Assembly (NCBI RefSeq): GCF_024256425.1
Contig: NC_071110.1
Coordinates: 2,663,451-2,727,450, forward strand
DNA length: 64,000 nucleotides
Direction: 5' to 3'
Source of the DNA: Clarias gariepinus
Lineage: Eukaryota
Of this stretch, positions 51,380 through 64,000 are shown in pieces. A program made the position numbers and the translations under genes. Below the pieces are notes generated by a model that was given only the letters and a program-made list of their open reading frames with translations, made no database searches and was not told the origin of the DNA. Numbering within the stretch: position 1 is the stretch's first letter; each line of letters begins with the position of its first letter.

Positions 51380-51600
51380 ATCATAATTAATAAATATGTT
51401 GACATGTCTAGGTCAAAGGTCATCGTAATTTGCAAAAAATGCTTAGGAGTAATTAAGGAAGTAATTAAGAAACATGTTGACAAGTAATTAATAAATATGC
51501 TGACAAATCTAGATTAGCATAGTGATAATTATGCTGACAAGTAATTGATAAATATGCCGACAAATCATACGTAAATATGCTAACAAATCTAGATCAGTGT
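51380..51600. repeat. Minisatellite of an imperfect 40-bp unit ('gacaagtaattaataaatatgctgacaaatctagat...').
   Basis: 4-5 imperfect tandem copies. Confidence 0.7.
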
Positions 51601-52989
51601 ATTTAAAAAAGAATTAATGATATAATTATTTAATTGTAATTATGTTGCCATTTTCCAAACAGGTTGTATGATTAAAGATTGTAATGATATTAAATGATTC
51701 CGTGTGTCCCTGACACACACACACACATCCACATATGGAGCGATATCTAGGACAATATTCAAAAGGCTTAATTTGCAATTGCGTTTGTATATGTGGAAGC
51801 ACAAAGTGTGTCATACTTTAAATGCAATTGCAAACTTTGCATTACCGTTTGCTGTTTCGCCTTTGTGAACGCACACTGATTGCCAAATTTTAAATGAAAA
51901 AGAAAAGTCCATTTGCATTTGTATTTCCCATGTCTTACAAGTCATGAACCTGTCATATTTAAATAGCTAAATCAATGACCAATTCACTTTCTCTGCGTCG
52001 CGCGTCAAGCCGGCCAAAATTCAAACGCAATCGCTAATCTATTTGCAATTGCATTTCCAACACGTTACACGGAAACCAGCGTCAGGGGTGGGTCTTTACT
52101 TTGGGGAGGGATTGTGTGGGGAGTGACGTCACTCGCAGTCGCCGACCACGTTACTTTTACTTTTATACTTTAAGTAGTTTTGAAACAAGTACTTTTACAC
52201 TTTTACTTGAGTAAAAAGCTTGAGTTGATACTTCAACTTCTAAAGAACACTTTTTAAACCCTAGTATCTATACTTCTACCAAAGTAATGAATGTGAATAC
52301 TTTTGACATCACTGGTTACTAGCGTCACCACCTCTGCTAGCCTTACTGACTACGGGAATCACTACACTGAGTTAGGGAGGAAAATCACAACTCAGCTTTA
52401 TTATACATGTGATACCGGTTCCAAGTTAACACAGGTTGGTCTAAAGTAGTAAACCCGCTGATGCAAAATGTCTGTGATACGCTTCTCTCGTTTCTTCCTC
52501 TCTCTCTCCTGCAGAATACTTCCGCCTCAACCAAAGGTGGCTGCGATAGGGATAGGCCTCCTTGTGGTGATGTTGGGTAATGCTTTGCAGACTCATATCT
52601 TCCAGCCATTACAACGTAACTGCAACAGTTCCGCTGCTGAGTATTGATGTAAAGACGACACCGGGCGGAGAGTTGAAGAGGGAATATTCCCCGCGGCCGC
52701 AAGCCACAGAAGTAATTTGCCAATCACCATAGCCATAGCCAAAAGGAATCCAGTTAGTGGCGATTTCCAAACCGGTGTTAGTCCAACCAAGTTCGTGCGA
52801 TGTTGCGTACAGTCACAAGATAAAAATAAACTAAAATAAAAAATCTAAAATCTAAATCCTTCCAAGTAGCAGCAACGGCTGCTAATAGCGCCAGCATTTG
52901 CCCCGGAAGTGAATGGATGTCCCGAGTGCCAAAAAACCTCCCAAAAAAAAACAACCCCACCCCCCTTGTCCCACTTGGTTGGACTATTG

Positions 52990-54000
52990 TAATGCCTTAC
53001 TGTCTGGTTGTTCAACTAGATGCATAAACAAGCTTCAGGTAATCCAGTATGCAGCAGCGAGAGTTCTCACTAGAACCAGAATATACGAGCACATCACCCC
53101 TATCTTATCTTCACTTTATTGGCTCCCCGTGAAATTTCGCATTGACTTTAAAATACTACTCTTGACATATAAAGCATTAAATGGTCTCGCGACGCAGTAT
53201 CTGAGTGAACTGCTGGTGTCTTATGATCCGCCACGCCTACTTCGATCAAAGGATGCAGGCTGCTTGTCAGTACCGTGTATTATGAAAACTACAGCAGGGG
53301 GCAGAGCTTTTTCTTACAAAGCCCCAAAGTTATGGAATAGTCTTGCAAATAATGTTCGGGACTCAGCAGTCTCAATGTTTAAGTCCAGGCTAAAAACCTA
53401 TTTTTTTAATCAAGCATTCTTATAAATAGATTTGTCTTGGGTAAAGGAGCAGATCTAGGGGACTCATGGACGTAGAGTATTATGGTGAACTGGTATGTTT
53501 AGGTGCTGTCTTCCCTATTCTCATTGATCACTTAGGTTTGTTGACGGTGAGGTGATTGTTTGCTTTACATATCAGGGAACCCCCATGCCTGTGTTTCCTT
53601 CTGGCTCTCCCCTTTTAGTTATGCTGTTATAGTAAGTCCTGCAGGAGTCTCTTCTTGCACTCTACACTAAATATTTATTCACATTATACATCATGTGACT
53701 GCGACCATACCTAACTGTTATCTCTCTCTTCTGCTCTCCCCTCTTCTGTTCTCTCTCCTCCTATCGCCCCCTCTCTCTTCTTCCCTCTCTCTGTCGAGCT
53801 ACCGTGTCGTTCCTGAGCTGCCAGTGATCCAGACTCCCTCTGCCCTCCGGACCTGTCTGACCCATCCTGGTGCCCCGCTTCTGGTTGGAGATCTCTTCGC
53901 ATGGATGCCCCGTGTGTCTTTTTGGAATGCGTCTGGTGTCTGGGGATGGTTTTACTTTACCATAAAGACAGTTCTGGCCTCAACTGGTGTTGACAGCTGT
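52990..54000 (+). mobile_element. Non-LTR retrotransposon 3' fragment, same family as 8080-8340 plus 9990-10300.
   Basis: ORF 52913..53425(+) has 'LDYCNALLSG...KSRLKTYFF'. The downstream block 53690-54000 is homologous to 10040-10300. Confidence 0.55.
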
Positions 54001-54779
54001 TTCTCTGAGGACTTGACTTGATCGCAGTTGCTCAATAGTTTCAAGATTGCAATTGTCTCCAATAACTACCTGGACTCCATACATCAATTAACATCAACTG
54101 TTATAGCTGAACTGCCTGCCATCACACACACAAATACACATTTACAATGTGTAAATGCAGATCAATTCCTCTTAAGGGTTCCTTGTAGCCCGCGGTTTGC
54201 TTACCAGGGACAATCTGCTCATCTTGATTCATGCACACTTACATTCCATAAAGACTTAAATAATTCTTTATTAAACTTCCAATTATAGGGGTCCCTTTCA
54301 AACGGATCGGAATGGACCTTGTGGGTCCTTTCCCAAAGTCTGCTCATGAATAACATTGACTGGACAATCATGGACACATTCATACACACTTGCACTACAT
54401 ATTTATATTTTCATTCTGGACCGTTTCACAGGACACTTTAATAAGTCATTTTTTATGCATATTTGCACAACCATTGCCACTTTTACATTTTATATATATA
54501 TATACTTTTTTTCTATATTTCTATATTTTGTAATATTTTAATTATGCCCTTATTTGTACAGTTTATTTTACTAGTCAAATTTATTTTCTTTAGTATTTCT
54601 CTTTATCCATATTTATTTGTTACGTATAAGTTTTTATTTTATTATTATTATTATTTTTTTAAGGTCACTTGCAGTCGTATAAGCATTTCACTGCATATCG
54701 TACTGTGTATGACTGTGTATGTGACAAATAAAATTTATAATTTGAATTAGAAATTTGAATATATATTGGTAATTGTGGA

Positions 54780-56800
54780 CTACGCAACAAGATATCCCGA
54801 AGCGCTCCAACTGCGAAATCCACCTCTAAAAATATCATGCATGAACTGGTACTGCTCTTCAGCTGTATGGGAATACCAAAGAAGCTCCTCACAGACCAAG
54901 GTACACCTTTTGTGTCTAAATTAATGAAAGATCTCTGTCTGCTACTACAGGTAAAGTGACTCTGCATGTCAGTTTTATCACCCTCAGACTGACGGCCTAA
55001 TGGAGCGCTTCAACCAAACCCTGAAGAGAATGCTACGAAAAGTAGCTGACAACAAAGGTCAGAACTGGTATCAGCTGCTGCCCTACGTACTCTTCGCAGT
55101 ACGGGAGACCCCCCAAACCTCCACGGGGTTTACTCCGTTCAAACTCCTATTTGGAAGGAGAGCCTGAGGATTACTGGTTGTAGAAAAAGAGACATGGGAG
55201 GAACAACCTTCCCCGTTCAGGTCAGTCATAGAATACATTCAAAATATGCAAGAGAAAATTCAGTGTGTTACCCATAGTGAGACGGCATATGGAGAAGGCA
55301 CAGGCGGAGCAGAAGAATTCTTACGACCGTCCAACACAACCCCGCGAGTTCCGACCTGGTGACCGGTTGCTCTTCTTGGTTCACAGTGCCAACTGTAAGT
55401 TCCTCGCACGCTGGCAGGGGCCCTTCACCATAACGGAAAGGGGAGGGCGAAGTGAACTATAGACTCCAACAACCAGGTAAACGAAAGACGTCTGAACTAT
55501 ATCATGTTAATTTGCTTAAAAAAATGGATAGAACTGACACCACAGACACAGCTATGGAGGCTGTATCTCTACTAGAACAGGCATGGGATCTAGCACAATG
55601 CGGAGAGGATCTGAGCCCATCCCAGGTCCAAACAATGAAGGACATAATCGACCAACACCAAGATGTATTCTTCTTAGAACCTGGGCTCACGCATCTCATA
55701 CAGCACGATATTAAAACACCACCGGGCAGCATCATCCCCCAGCGCCCATACCGGGTACCAGAAGCACGATGACGCGCTATCGAGGCAGAGGTGGGCAAAA
55801 TGTTAAAAGCCGGTATAATCAAGGAGTCCATAAGCCCGTGGTCCAGACCAATCATAGTGGTACTAAAACCTGACAGTAGCCTACGTCTTTGTAATGATTT
55901 CCGCTGACTGAATCAGGTGTCAGAGATCGGCTAGGAAGAGCCCGCTTCATATCCACCCTGGACTTAACAAAAGGATACTGGCAGTTAGCCCTCACTCCCA
56001 AGAAAAAACTGCTTTCAGCACAGAGCGCGGTCACTGGCAGTATCGAGTTCTTCCTTTTGGATTACATAGTGCGGCAGCTCCATTCCAAAGGCTTATGGAC
56101 ATTGTATTACGCAACCACCGGTCGTACGCCGCTGCTTACTTAGATGATCTTATCATCCATTTAAATAGCTGAGACGACCATATTTTCCACCTTCAACAGG
56201 TGCTGGCGCTACTGAGGAAAGCCAGTTTCACAGTCAACCCAGAAAAATGCCACCTCGGTCTGACGGAAGCACCGTATCTAGGGTACCGCATTGGCTGAGG
56301 TTGGTTGAAACTCAGGAAAAAAAGGTAAAAGCTATTTATAATTACCCACAACCACAAATAAAAAAACCAGGTGTGTGCGTTTATAGGTCTTGCAGGCTAC
56401 TATCAGCATTTTGTGCCTAACTTCTCTTCCCTTTCAACTCTTCCTTCTGATCTGCTGCGAAAGGGACAACCAGAAAAAATAAAATGGACAGATGTAACCA
56501 AACAGGCATTCAATCAGCTAAAAACCCTCCTAACTAGCTCTCCATTTCTTCGCAATCCGGATTTCGAAAAACAAGTCATCTTCCACACAGACGCCCCCGA
56601 GACTGGACTCGGAGCAGTGCTATCCCAGTTGTTTGAGCACCCGGTCTTATACGTGAGTAGAAAACTCAATAATGCAAAGCATAAATATGCAGCAGTAGAG
56701 CGGGAGGCTATAGTGATTAAATGGGCAGTGGATGAATTACGGTATTATTTAACAGGAAGACTTTACTGATTACAGATCACGCACCCCTAAAAAGGACACG
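54780..56800 (+). mobile_element. Degenerate Ty3/gypsy-like pol. An integrase-core piece (54780-55450) precedes RT/RNaseH pieces (55600-56770). Frameshifts and stops are present.
   Basis: 'YHPQTDGLMERFNQTLKRML...' is an integrase motif recovered across frames. ORF 55452..55772 shows 'LIQHDIKTPPGSIIPQRPYRVP' (RT N-terminus). ORF 56371..56769 shows 'FIGLAGYYQHFVPNFS...' (RT/RNaseH connection). Confidence 0.6.
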
Positions 56801-57561
56801 AACCCACGCATCAAACGCTGGTTTTTATCCTTAAAAAAAAAAAAAAAGTTTGCTTGTCATGTATCAAGCAAATGATTCATTTTACAATGACTTTTTTCTT
56901 TTTGGAAGTTATCTAAAATCTCGTGGGTTGGGTGTGACAGGAAAGTAATTGACAATTTTGTAAAATGACAATCTTAATAATCGTTCAGTGGGCTCACAAA
57001 TGTTGTACTTCATTTTAATTTAGGATTTTTTTTTTTGCTATTATATGAAAAAAAAGTAGTTCAGAACTATACTGTATAACGAGCAGAGGTATATACAGTC
57101 AGCAGATTAATAACACTGTCATAATTAATGATAGAATTTTAAACATCAAAAACACTTTACAAATGTTTTAAAACATTTTAAACATTGAAAATGTTGCAAA
57201 CTGTCTTAATTTACAAATTTTAATTGTAAGTGACAGGTTACAGACTGTTCCTCCAGATGTTCCTGAACTCTCTAACTGCCCTCTGGATCGAGGGTAAGTA
57301 AATGTAATGGAGACTGAATAAATAGATCTCACAACAAGACACTACTCTATTTAACCCTGCCCTTAATCTTTTTATTTGTTGAATATGGACACTGCCCCCA
57401 GCAATAATAGTTCTTCTATTAAGGCCTCTTCTACTGTATGTAACATGTAATGTGCAACCTCAACATTTTCCAAACCATGGTCACATCAGACCCTTGATGG
57501 TAATCCAAAGTTGCACCCCTTCTCTGAACAAAGATAGAACAGTTAATATTATTATTAAACA

Positions 57562-57605
<44 letters not shown>

Positions 57606-57639
57606 ATATATAATATTATAATATTATTATTATAAAAAC

Positions 57640-57749
57640 GGAAAAAACTAAATAACAAATTCAAAACCAAATTAACAAATCTGAAAACAAAATAACAAAA
57701 CCCAAAACAAATCAACAAAACCCAAAACAAAATAACAAGTTTTTTTTTT

Positions 57750-57780
<31 letters not shown>

Positions 57781-57960
57781 GGGGTTGTTATTTGTTTTGG
57801 GTTTTGATAGTTTGTTTTTGAATTAGTTATTTTGTTTTCTGTTTTGTTAATTTGGTTTTAAATTTGCTATTTTGTTTTGGGTTTTATTGTTTTGTTTTTG
57901 GTATTGTTATTTCGTTTTTTCATTTATTTTGTTTTCAGTTTTGTTAATTTGTTTTGCACT
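57640..57960. repeat. Long imperfect palindrome (A/C-rich arm | T19 G29 | G/T-rich arm), flanked by (TAA)n/(ATT)n.
   Basis: Left arm 'aacaaaacccaaaacaaaataacaag'. Right arm 'ttgttatttgttttgggttttg...'. Its reverse complement matches the left arm over about 100 bp. Confidence 0.8.
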
Positions 57961-58739
57961 TCACTGTAAGGGTTAACTCCTAGAGGGCGCCAAACGCCCA
58001 CTAATTATGTTTATGTTTGTAGCTTAGTTTGAGTTGGACTTCGTGTCCCAGACTGCACCACGGTAAAGTGAGGGGAGTAATCACCTAACCCGAGGAGAGT
58101 AATTAAGTGAATTAATATAAATAGCCTGACTGAAGTTCAGCCAGGCATCCAGCATTTGTTGTGGTAGTTATTGTTACTGTTAGTATGACTAGAGTAAAGA
58201 ATTCTGTTGGGCTCAAACTCTAGCATTTTGTTTCAGTTTTGTTTTGCTTTGTCATTAAATAAAAATAACATCTAAAACGTCACTCTCTGCCTCTGCATTT
58301 ATGCCATGCCGACACAAGACCCGCAAACGTGACAGAATGCTAGACCTCTACAGTGGCATAGCAGAGGTGTCTCCCCTAGATGTTTTTTGGGGGGAAGCAG
58401 TGACTAGGTTGCCGGAGCGAGCGGACTTTCGGAGTGACTTCGAGGAGTACAGAAAGCAAAGTAAGCGAGGGGTGCTGCAGAGCTGGGAAAGCTGCAGGCT
58501 CACCATTCGGTGGACACCACTTAAGAGTGACGCAGCTCGGGGTGACAGACTTCCCCGCATTCACCAGGAGGTATGGACCAAGAAGGTCAGGTATGGCGGT
58601 GGCGAGAGGGAAGAGGAACCTCAATGGTTCACAGAGCGGCAATGGAAAGAGGAAGGAACGAGTAATTTTTACAGGTTTGGGGCAGAGGTGAATGAGGAGC
58701 GCATTCAAACCTGCTCGTTCAGCTCTACGAGAGCCAGGC

Positions 58740-59040
58740 AGCAGGCTTTGAGCCTCTTCCTGTGCCTCAGCTGGACAGCGAGGACGACACGCTTCTTCCT
58801 CTGCCGCCGGGCTTTGAGGACACTGTGCCAGCTCCTCAACTCGACATCGAGGACGTTGCGCTCCTTCCTCCGCCTCCCGGCTTCCAGGATATCTGGCCAG
58901 CTCCTCGACTCGACAGCGAGGACGTCCCGCTTCCTCCTCCTCCGTCTCAGCTCGATACAGAGGACGACGCGCTTCCTCCTCCTCCGTCTCACTCAACACA
59001 GGGGACAATGCGCTTCCTCCTCCTTGGCATTAGCTTAATA
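58740..59040. repeat. About 69-bp x roughly 4 tandem repeat, proline-rich in the + frame ('PQLDSEDD..LPPPPGF').
   Basis: ORFs 58301..59038(+), 58762..59109(+) and 58376..59008(-) all traverse it. Confidence 0.75.
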
Positions 59041-60429
59041 GTGAGGACGTCTCGTTTCCACCTCCGCAGCCTCAGCGTGCCAGCTAACATTTGTACCCAG
59101 CCCCCCTAAAAATTATCCATAAACTTCACACAAATTGGTGATCGCTCATCGTCCCCTTTAAATTTGATATGAAAGTGTCGGCAGACTTCGGCTTCGCCCC
59201 GTCTTTCAGTGCGGTCTTCAATTCGCCATCACAGAGGGAGGATTAAGGCAAGGTGTGTGTTTTTCAGTGCAGTCCTTTTTAATAAATACAGTTTACAAAA
59301 TGTCATGAGGAATTAATCAGTTAAATCTTCGCTGTGTTCACCCTCATCACACCAGCTGTTTCTTCTAGTGAAAATAAAGCCCTAAATACATACTCTATGA
59401 ACTTATAGTCTACTTTATAAAACATTCATGCTGTTGCTGTTTTAATTGGAAAACCCAACTGTCTATATAAAACATTACACAGTGCATATGGCATAAACTA
59501 ACATAGAGTTATGCACATAAATGATTAAAAATAGTGACAGACAGCATACAGTGCACTCGCTTTACCTGCATAGCAGTGTGATTTACAGAGAGAGAAAAAT
59601 CCTGTTTTTGTAATAAATATTGTATTGTATTAAATAATGTCCCAAATCGTAAAATACATTTATTAGCCTTAGAGTAGGGTTTGTGTCACTTTGATTTAAA
59701 AAAACTTACTTTTTTAATGAATAGAAACAAAAAAAGAATGATATTAAAAAGATGCTTTTTAACAATGTTTGTCTATATTAATGAATTTGAATAAAATTAG
59801 CTATGAATAACCGAGTAGCTATGAAATTTTGAGGGGTTGAAAAGAGAACCTACTGTCTTATTAATGTAGCTAAAACACTAATTTAAACTAGATCAAAGTT
59901 TTAATATTTATATTTAACTGTAGATGTAAGGTTTTTAAAAGGTTTGTAAAAGTCACATAAAAAAGATGTTCCATTCTTACCTGCTGCTCATTTGGAGACC
60001 TACTCCCATGTGACTTGAAAAACCTTCCATCTCCAGTTCTACAGTTCAGTTCTCTGAAAGCGCAGCCTCTCAGACACATTGACACTGTTTCCAACATTGA
60101 TTGAAGTCATTGCATAAGAAACTATTTTTCACATTTTTTATGTGTGCCAGTTTCTAACAAAAAGCAGCAGCATTGTCAAAGAATTAACAGATAAATGTTT
60201 GACATTATTGGCTCCCACACAGTTTATTCCATTGCCCAGCTGTATAGTGGTGTTGTTTATATTGCTAATCAATGTAAGTTATATGCTGGTTACATTTTTC
60301 TGATGGTACCTGTACATAGAAAAAGGTTTATACGGTAAACAGCGTGTGTGATCAAGAAGATTCATTTGAGTACTGATTCTGTGTTAAACATCTATGGGGG
60401 CTGAGCCCCCTTAACTGAAAATCCTAGAA

Positions 60430-60700
60430 ACGCCCCTGCTCCCAATAGGGGTTGCCACAGCAGACCATTTATATCCATCTAACTCTGTATACCACATCGT
60501 CCTTTGTCACTCCAACCTCCTGCATGTCCTTCCTCACAACATTCAGAAAACCCCACTTGGGCATTCCTCTTCTCCTCCTGCCTGGCAGTTTCATCGCTAA
60601 CATTCTTCTCCCAATATACCTCTCATCCCTCCTCTGCACCTGTCCAAACCACCTTAATTTAGCCTCTCTAACTTTCCCCCCAACCACCTGACTTGTAATA
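60430..60700 (-). mobile_element. LINE ORF2 C-terminal tail fragment.
   Basis: ORF 60469..60687(-) has '...LRWFGQVQRRDERYIGRRMLAMKLPGRRRRGMPKWGFLNVVRKDMQEVGVTKDD', the conserved fish LINE tail. Confidence 0.55.
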
Positions 60701-61079
60701 TACTCATTTAGTTTACTGAGTGTTATAGAAAAAAATATACCTTACACACAATGCAGCTTGTTCACCATCTGATAGCATTGCAGTGGGTATTTAACATTGC
60801 ATAATCCCTGCCTAAAGAGAGCGATGCAGCATCGCTTTAGTTCTTTAGTCTGTGCAGGTTTCTTATCTTACTATCTGGACACTCTGCCCAAAGAAATCAG
60901 CTTCAAAGTTTTATGTTGATACCACTGTAAACATCACTGCACGTCAAATAAAGTTTAAAAAAGAGGGGAGCTTAAAAAACAGTCAACTCTGAATTTCTTT
61001 ATAACATGCAGCCTTATCTGAAAGCACTGGAACAGCATGGCTACTTCTTTGCCTTTGCTATACACTGATGGGATTTGGG

Positions 61080-61260
61080 GCAGCATGGTGATATAATGGT
61101 TTCCACTGTGGTCTCCAAGGTTGGGCTTTGATTCTCACCTCACATCTATGCTCATGGAGTTTGAATGTCCTCCTTGTGCTTGGTGAGTTTCCTCCAGGTA
61201 CTTCAGTTTCCTACTACAATCCAAAGTAATGCAGGTTGGGCTAATTAGTGTTAGTTTAGA
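61080..61260 (+). mobile_element. tRNA-derived SINE copy.
   Basis: 'ggtgatataatggtttccactgtggtctccaaggttgggctttgattc...gtttgaatgtcctcc...'. Confidence 0.55.
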
Positions 61261-62372
61261 AGTGTTAGCAAGTATAAGCTTGGGGACAGCAATGACCATT
61301 AACTGGGGCTTTTTATAGAAAGAGATGGGAAGGTTTTTCTAAAGAATGTCCCATTAGTGTAATTTAACACAAAGGAGTTGTGACTTCAGTCGTTCAGTTA
61401 AAATAGGCAAAAGTGATATAAAAAAAGCATAAAATATATGAAAAAAATTATGATCTAGTTATTTAAACACTTGTAAACCCTTTTACCAGTGGCGGCCTGA
61501 TTAGTTGTGATGCCTTGGCGTGATCATGAAAACTGGGCCCACTGGTGTAATAGTGTATGTCATTTCAGAGTCTACAATTAAGAATGTGTATTAAAAGTTA
61601 GTTTTTTGCTTGAATTATTAATGCTAATTAATTTCTTAATCTACAGTATTTATGTTTAATATTTAATTTGAAAAAGAATTCTTATATTAAAATATCACAC
61701 ACCTATACACACAAACCATGTGTATGAACAAACTGTACCACAGTAAAATTGTGACTGCAACAATGATGAGAAACAGATTCTTCTTCAGATTCTGTTAAGC
61801 CATGGGCTCTCCGTCTCTGAATCTGATTTATATTTCTGTAGATGTTTTTCTTTTTTTACATGATGGACTAGGTTGCCATCCTGAGCTGCTTGCTGTACAG
61901 TTAAATCTTCCGGTGCTGTCAGATAGCATCCAGGCAACGTAGCAACACCCAATGACAGAGAGAACTCACGAACGCACATTTAGGTTCACTCTTTAATTCA
62001 GCAACTGTAAATACCGCTACCTTGTACAGACATTAGGCAAAACATGAGAGGCAAAACACAAATCAGTTAAATCCATATTACCATAAAGATTAAAACATTC
62101 TCCCTGTAGGCAGCATTATGCAAATTAGTATGTGTTGCTTTCAGCAATTTGTCATTTGTTAATTATACACAGCTTTTTTTTTTATTTAATATGCAGGGTA
62201 AGAATTTTTTTCCCCACCGTCTTAGTGAATTGTATCATGTTAAACGGGTCCATATGTTGCAAGCATAATTATATGTTTATGTATTTATGTTCGATTGTGT
62301 TAAAAAGGAAATACTTTTAATGCTGTGCGAGACCCTTGCTGTAAGGCGGGCACTGGCACTGCCTTATACTAT

Positions 62373-62890
62373 CATTTAATATGAGTCACATAACCTCACA
62401 GTTGAGTTATTTCTGAATACCTTGAACCCAGCGTACAGAGGCTGAGTGAATGTGGTTTGGACTGTGTGGAGGAGACTCATCGTGTCAGAGATGCTGTAGA
62501 AGGACAGAGTTCCTGCACTATGATCCACATACACTCCTATTCTGGAGGAGGCTTGACCTTTGATCTGTGTGTAAACATCATTGTGCCAAAAAGAGACAGA
62601 GGCAGGATAACACACCAGACTCCAGGACTGACTGTTGAATCCAAACCTACAGTCATTACCCTTTCCTTTCCTGCTGATCTCTTTATATGAGAGTGATATG
62701 GACACATCACCGCTCCACTCCACCTCCCAGTAACAGTGTCCACACACACTCTCCTTAGACAACACCTGATCCCAGTAGTCGAATCTCTCTGGATGATCAG
62801 AGTACTGCTGTGTCTCACCATATGTTACTGATCTGTTCTCCTCAGACAGAATAAGGGTAGGATGTGCTGTGTTGTGATCCAGAGTCAGTG
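62373..62890 (-). CDS. finTRIM-like B30.2 terminal exon of a third TRIM copy (copy C). The gene continues 5' beyond the window end. Conserved small exons lie at about 63400-63450 and 63880-63935.
   Basis: ORF 62376..62765(-) has 'VCGHCYWEVEWSGDVSISLSYKEI...GVYVDHSAGTLSFYSISD'. Sequence 63900-64000 is near-identical to 7340-7450 of copy B. Confidence 0.7.
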
Positions 62891-64000
62891 ATCTAAAATC
62901 TAAAACAGTAAAATGGTCACAGGTTACATGTTAATCAAAGGTTTATAGTTAGTGCATGAGACACCGTCTGTGTTCCTGTCCTCCTGCCCAAAATGAAATA
63001 TTTTAAATAAAAAATATCAGACTTTTATGTACAAATATATCATCCCACCATCTCTAGGGATTGAGGGCGGCATTCATCCAGACTCTTTTCCGTTCTGACA
63101 CCTAGGTGATGGAACAAACTTCCTCTAGATGTCCCACAGCAGAGACTTTGACTTATTTTAAACTACGACTACGAAGACGTATCTGTTTCTCCAGTACTTA
63201 GACTAATTCCCCCCAAAAACCCTCTCCCAGTTGTGTTGGACTAATGGCACTTAGTTATTAACCTAGTTAACCCAGTGTAAGTATGTATCCAATGATGTAA
63301 ACTTTAAAGCACTTTTTTAAGTCGCTCTGGATAAGCTCCTGCCAAATGCCTAAATGTAAATGTAAATGTGTGTCTATACTTACATTGCAAAAAATTCTGT
63401 CTGCTTGTCAGCTGTGAAGGTTGTATCTGAAATAACGCTACAGCTGTGGAGATAAAATAAAGACAGCGTCCAGCCTTATTACAGATAGACACATCAATTA
63501 AATGCCACCTTGGTGGTAAACATTCTCAAACTCTTAATACAGGTATTAACTAAAATTTTCTGAATTGTTTCTAAGATGATTTTGCAAACTTGTGATTAAC
63601 TTACATTTACATAATTTGTCTGGTAAATTTATCTTGATAGTGTACAAGGCCAATGCTAATACTTTGTGATTTTATTCATTAATTCAGTCGTCTGCCTATA
63701 ACAGCATATTAGATCCACTTTAGAGCTATGCGGGTAAAATAAAATAAAAACATTTTTTTTTAGAAAGTAGTTTTAAAACTGCTTTCTTCTTATTTCTGTT
63801 AGATGAATTTTATGGCTCTCATTAATGTGATGCATTAAAAATGTTTGCCTGTTTACCTTGAGGACTGATTTGCTCAACTTGTGTTTTCATCTTTGAGAGA
63901 GATTCCCTCATTCCATCAAATGTGTGATGTAGATTAACAGTGTACAGTGAGTCCTCACATCCAGGAGAAACACAGAGAGACGGGAAACTCTACAGAGAGG

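Overview
This is eukaryotic (teleost fish) genomic DNA, not prokaryotic. It is intron-rich and dense in microsatellites and transposable-element debris. There is no operon-like system.

Three blocks make up the window:

1. 1-13 kb: a tandem cluster of finTRIM-like TRIM genes on the minus strand (RING, B-box, coiled-coil, B30.2/PRY-SPRY).
- A truncated copy at about 2.0-3.4 kb has a frameshifted B30.2 exon and no RING exon.
- A complete multi-exon copy lies at 6.2-12.7 kb.
- A third copy starts at 62.4 kb and runs off the 3' edge of the window.
- The copies share small exons and an intronic mariner fragment, which indicates segmental duplication.

2. 16.4-45.3 kb: a long minus-strand gene with about 50 exons that I identify as tep1 (telomerase-associated protein 1, the vault/telomerase RNP component).
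- Its exons encode, 5' to 3', an N-terminal serine-rich tandem repeat, the TROVE module, a vWA-like region, DUF4062, a NACHT P-loop (GGAGVGKTA) and more than 15 WD40 repeats.
- Its introns carry Tc1-like, LINE, gypsy and SINE insertions.
- (TG)n/(CA)n microsatellites directly abut many of its splice sites.

3. 45.3-62.3 kb: repeat-rich intergenic DNA.
- It holds tRNA-derived SINEs, a cyprinid-type MITE, L2-like tails, degenerate gypsy pol and LINE fragments.
- It also holds a TATA-containing LTR- or promoter-like segment with an adjacent minisatellite.
- A long palindrome is centred on T19G29.
- A 69-bp coding-like tandem repeat is open on both strands.

All exon boundaries are hand-derived from the ORF track plus GT/AG inspection and are approximate.
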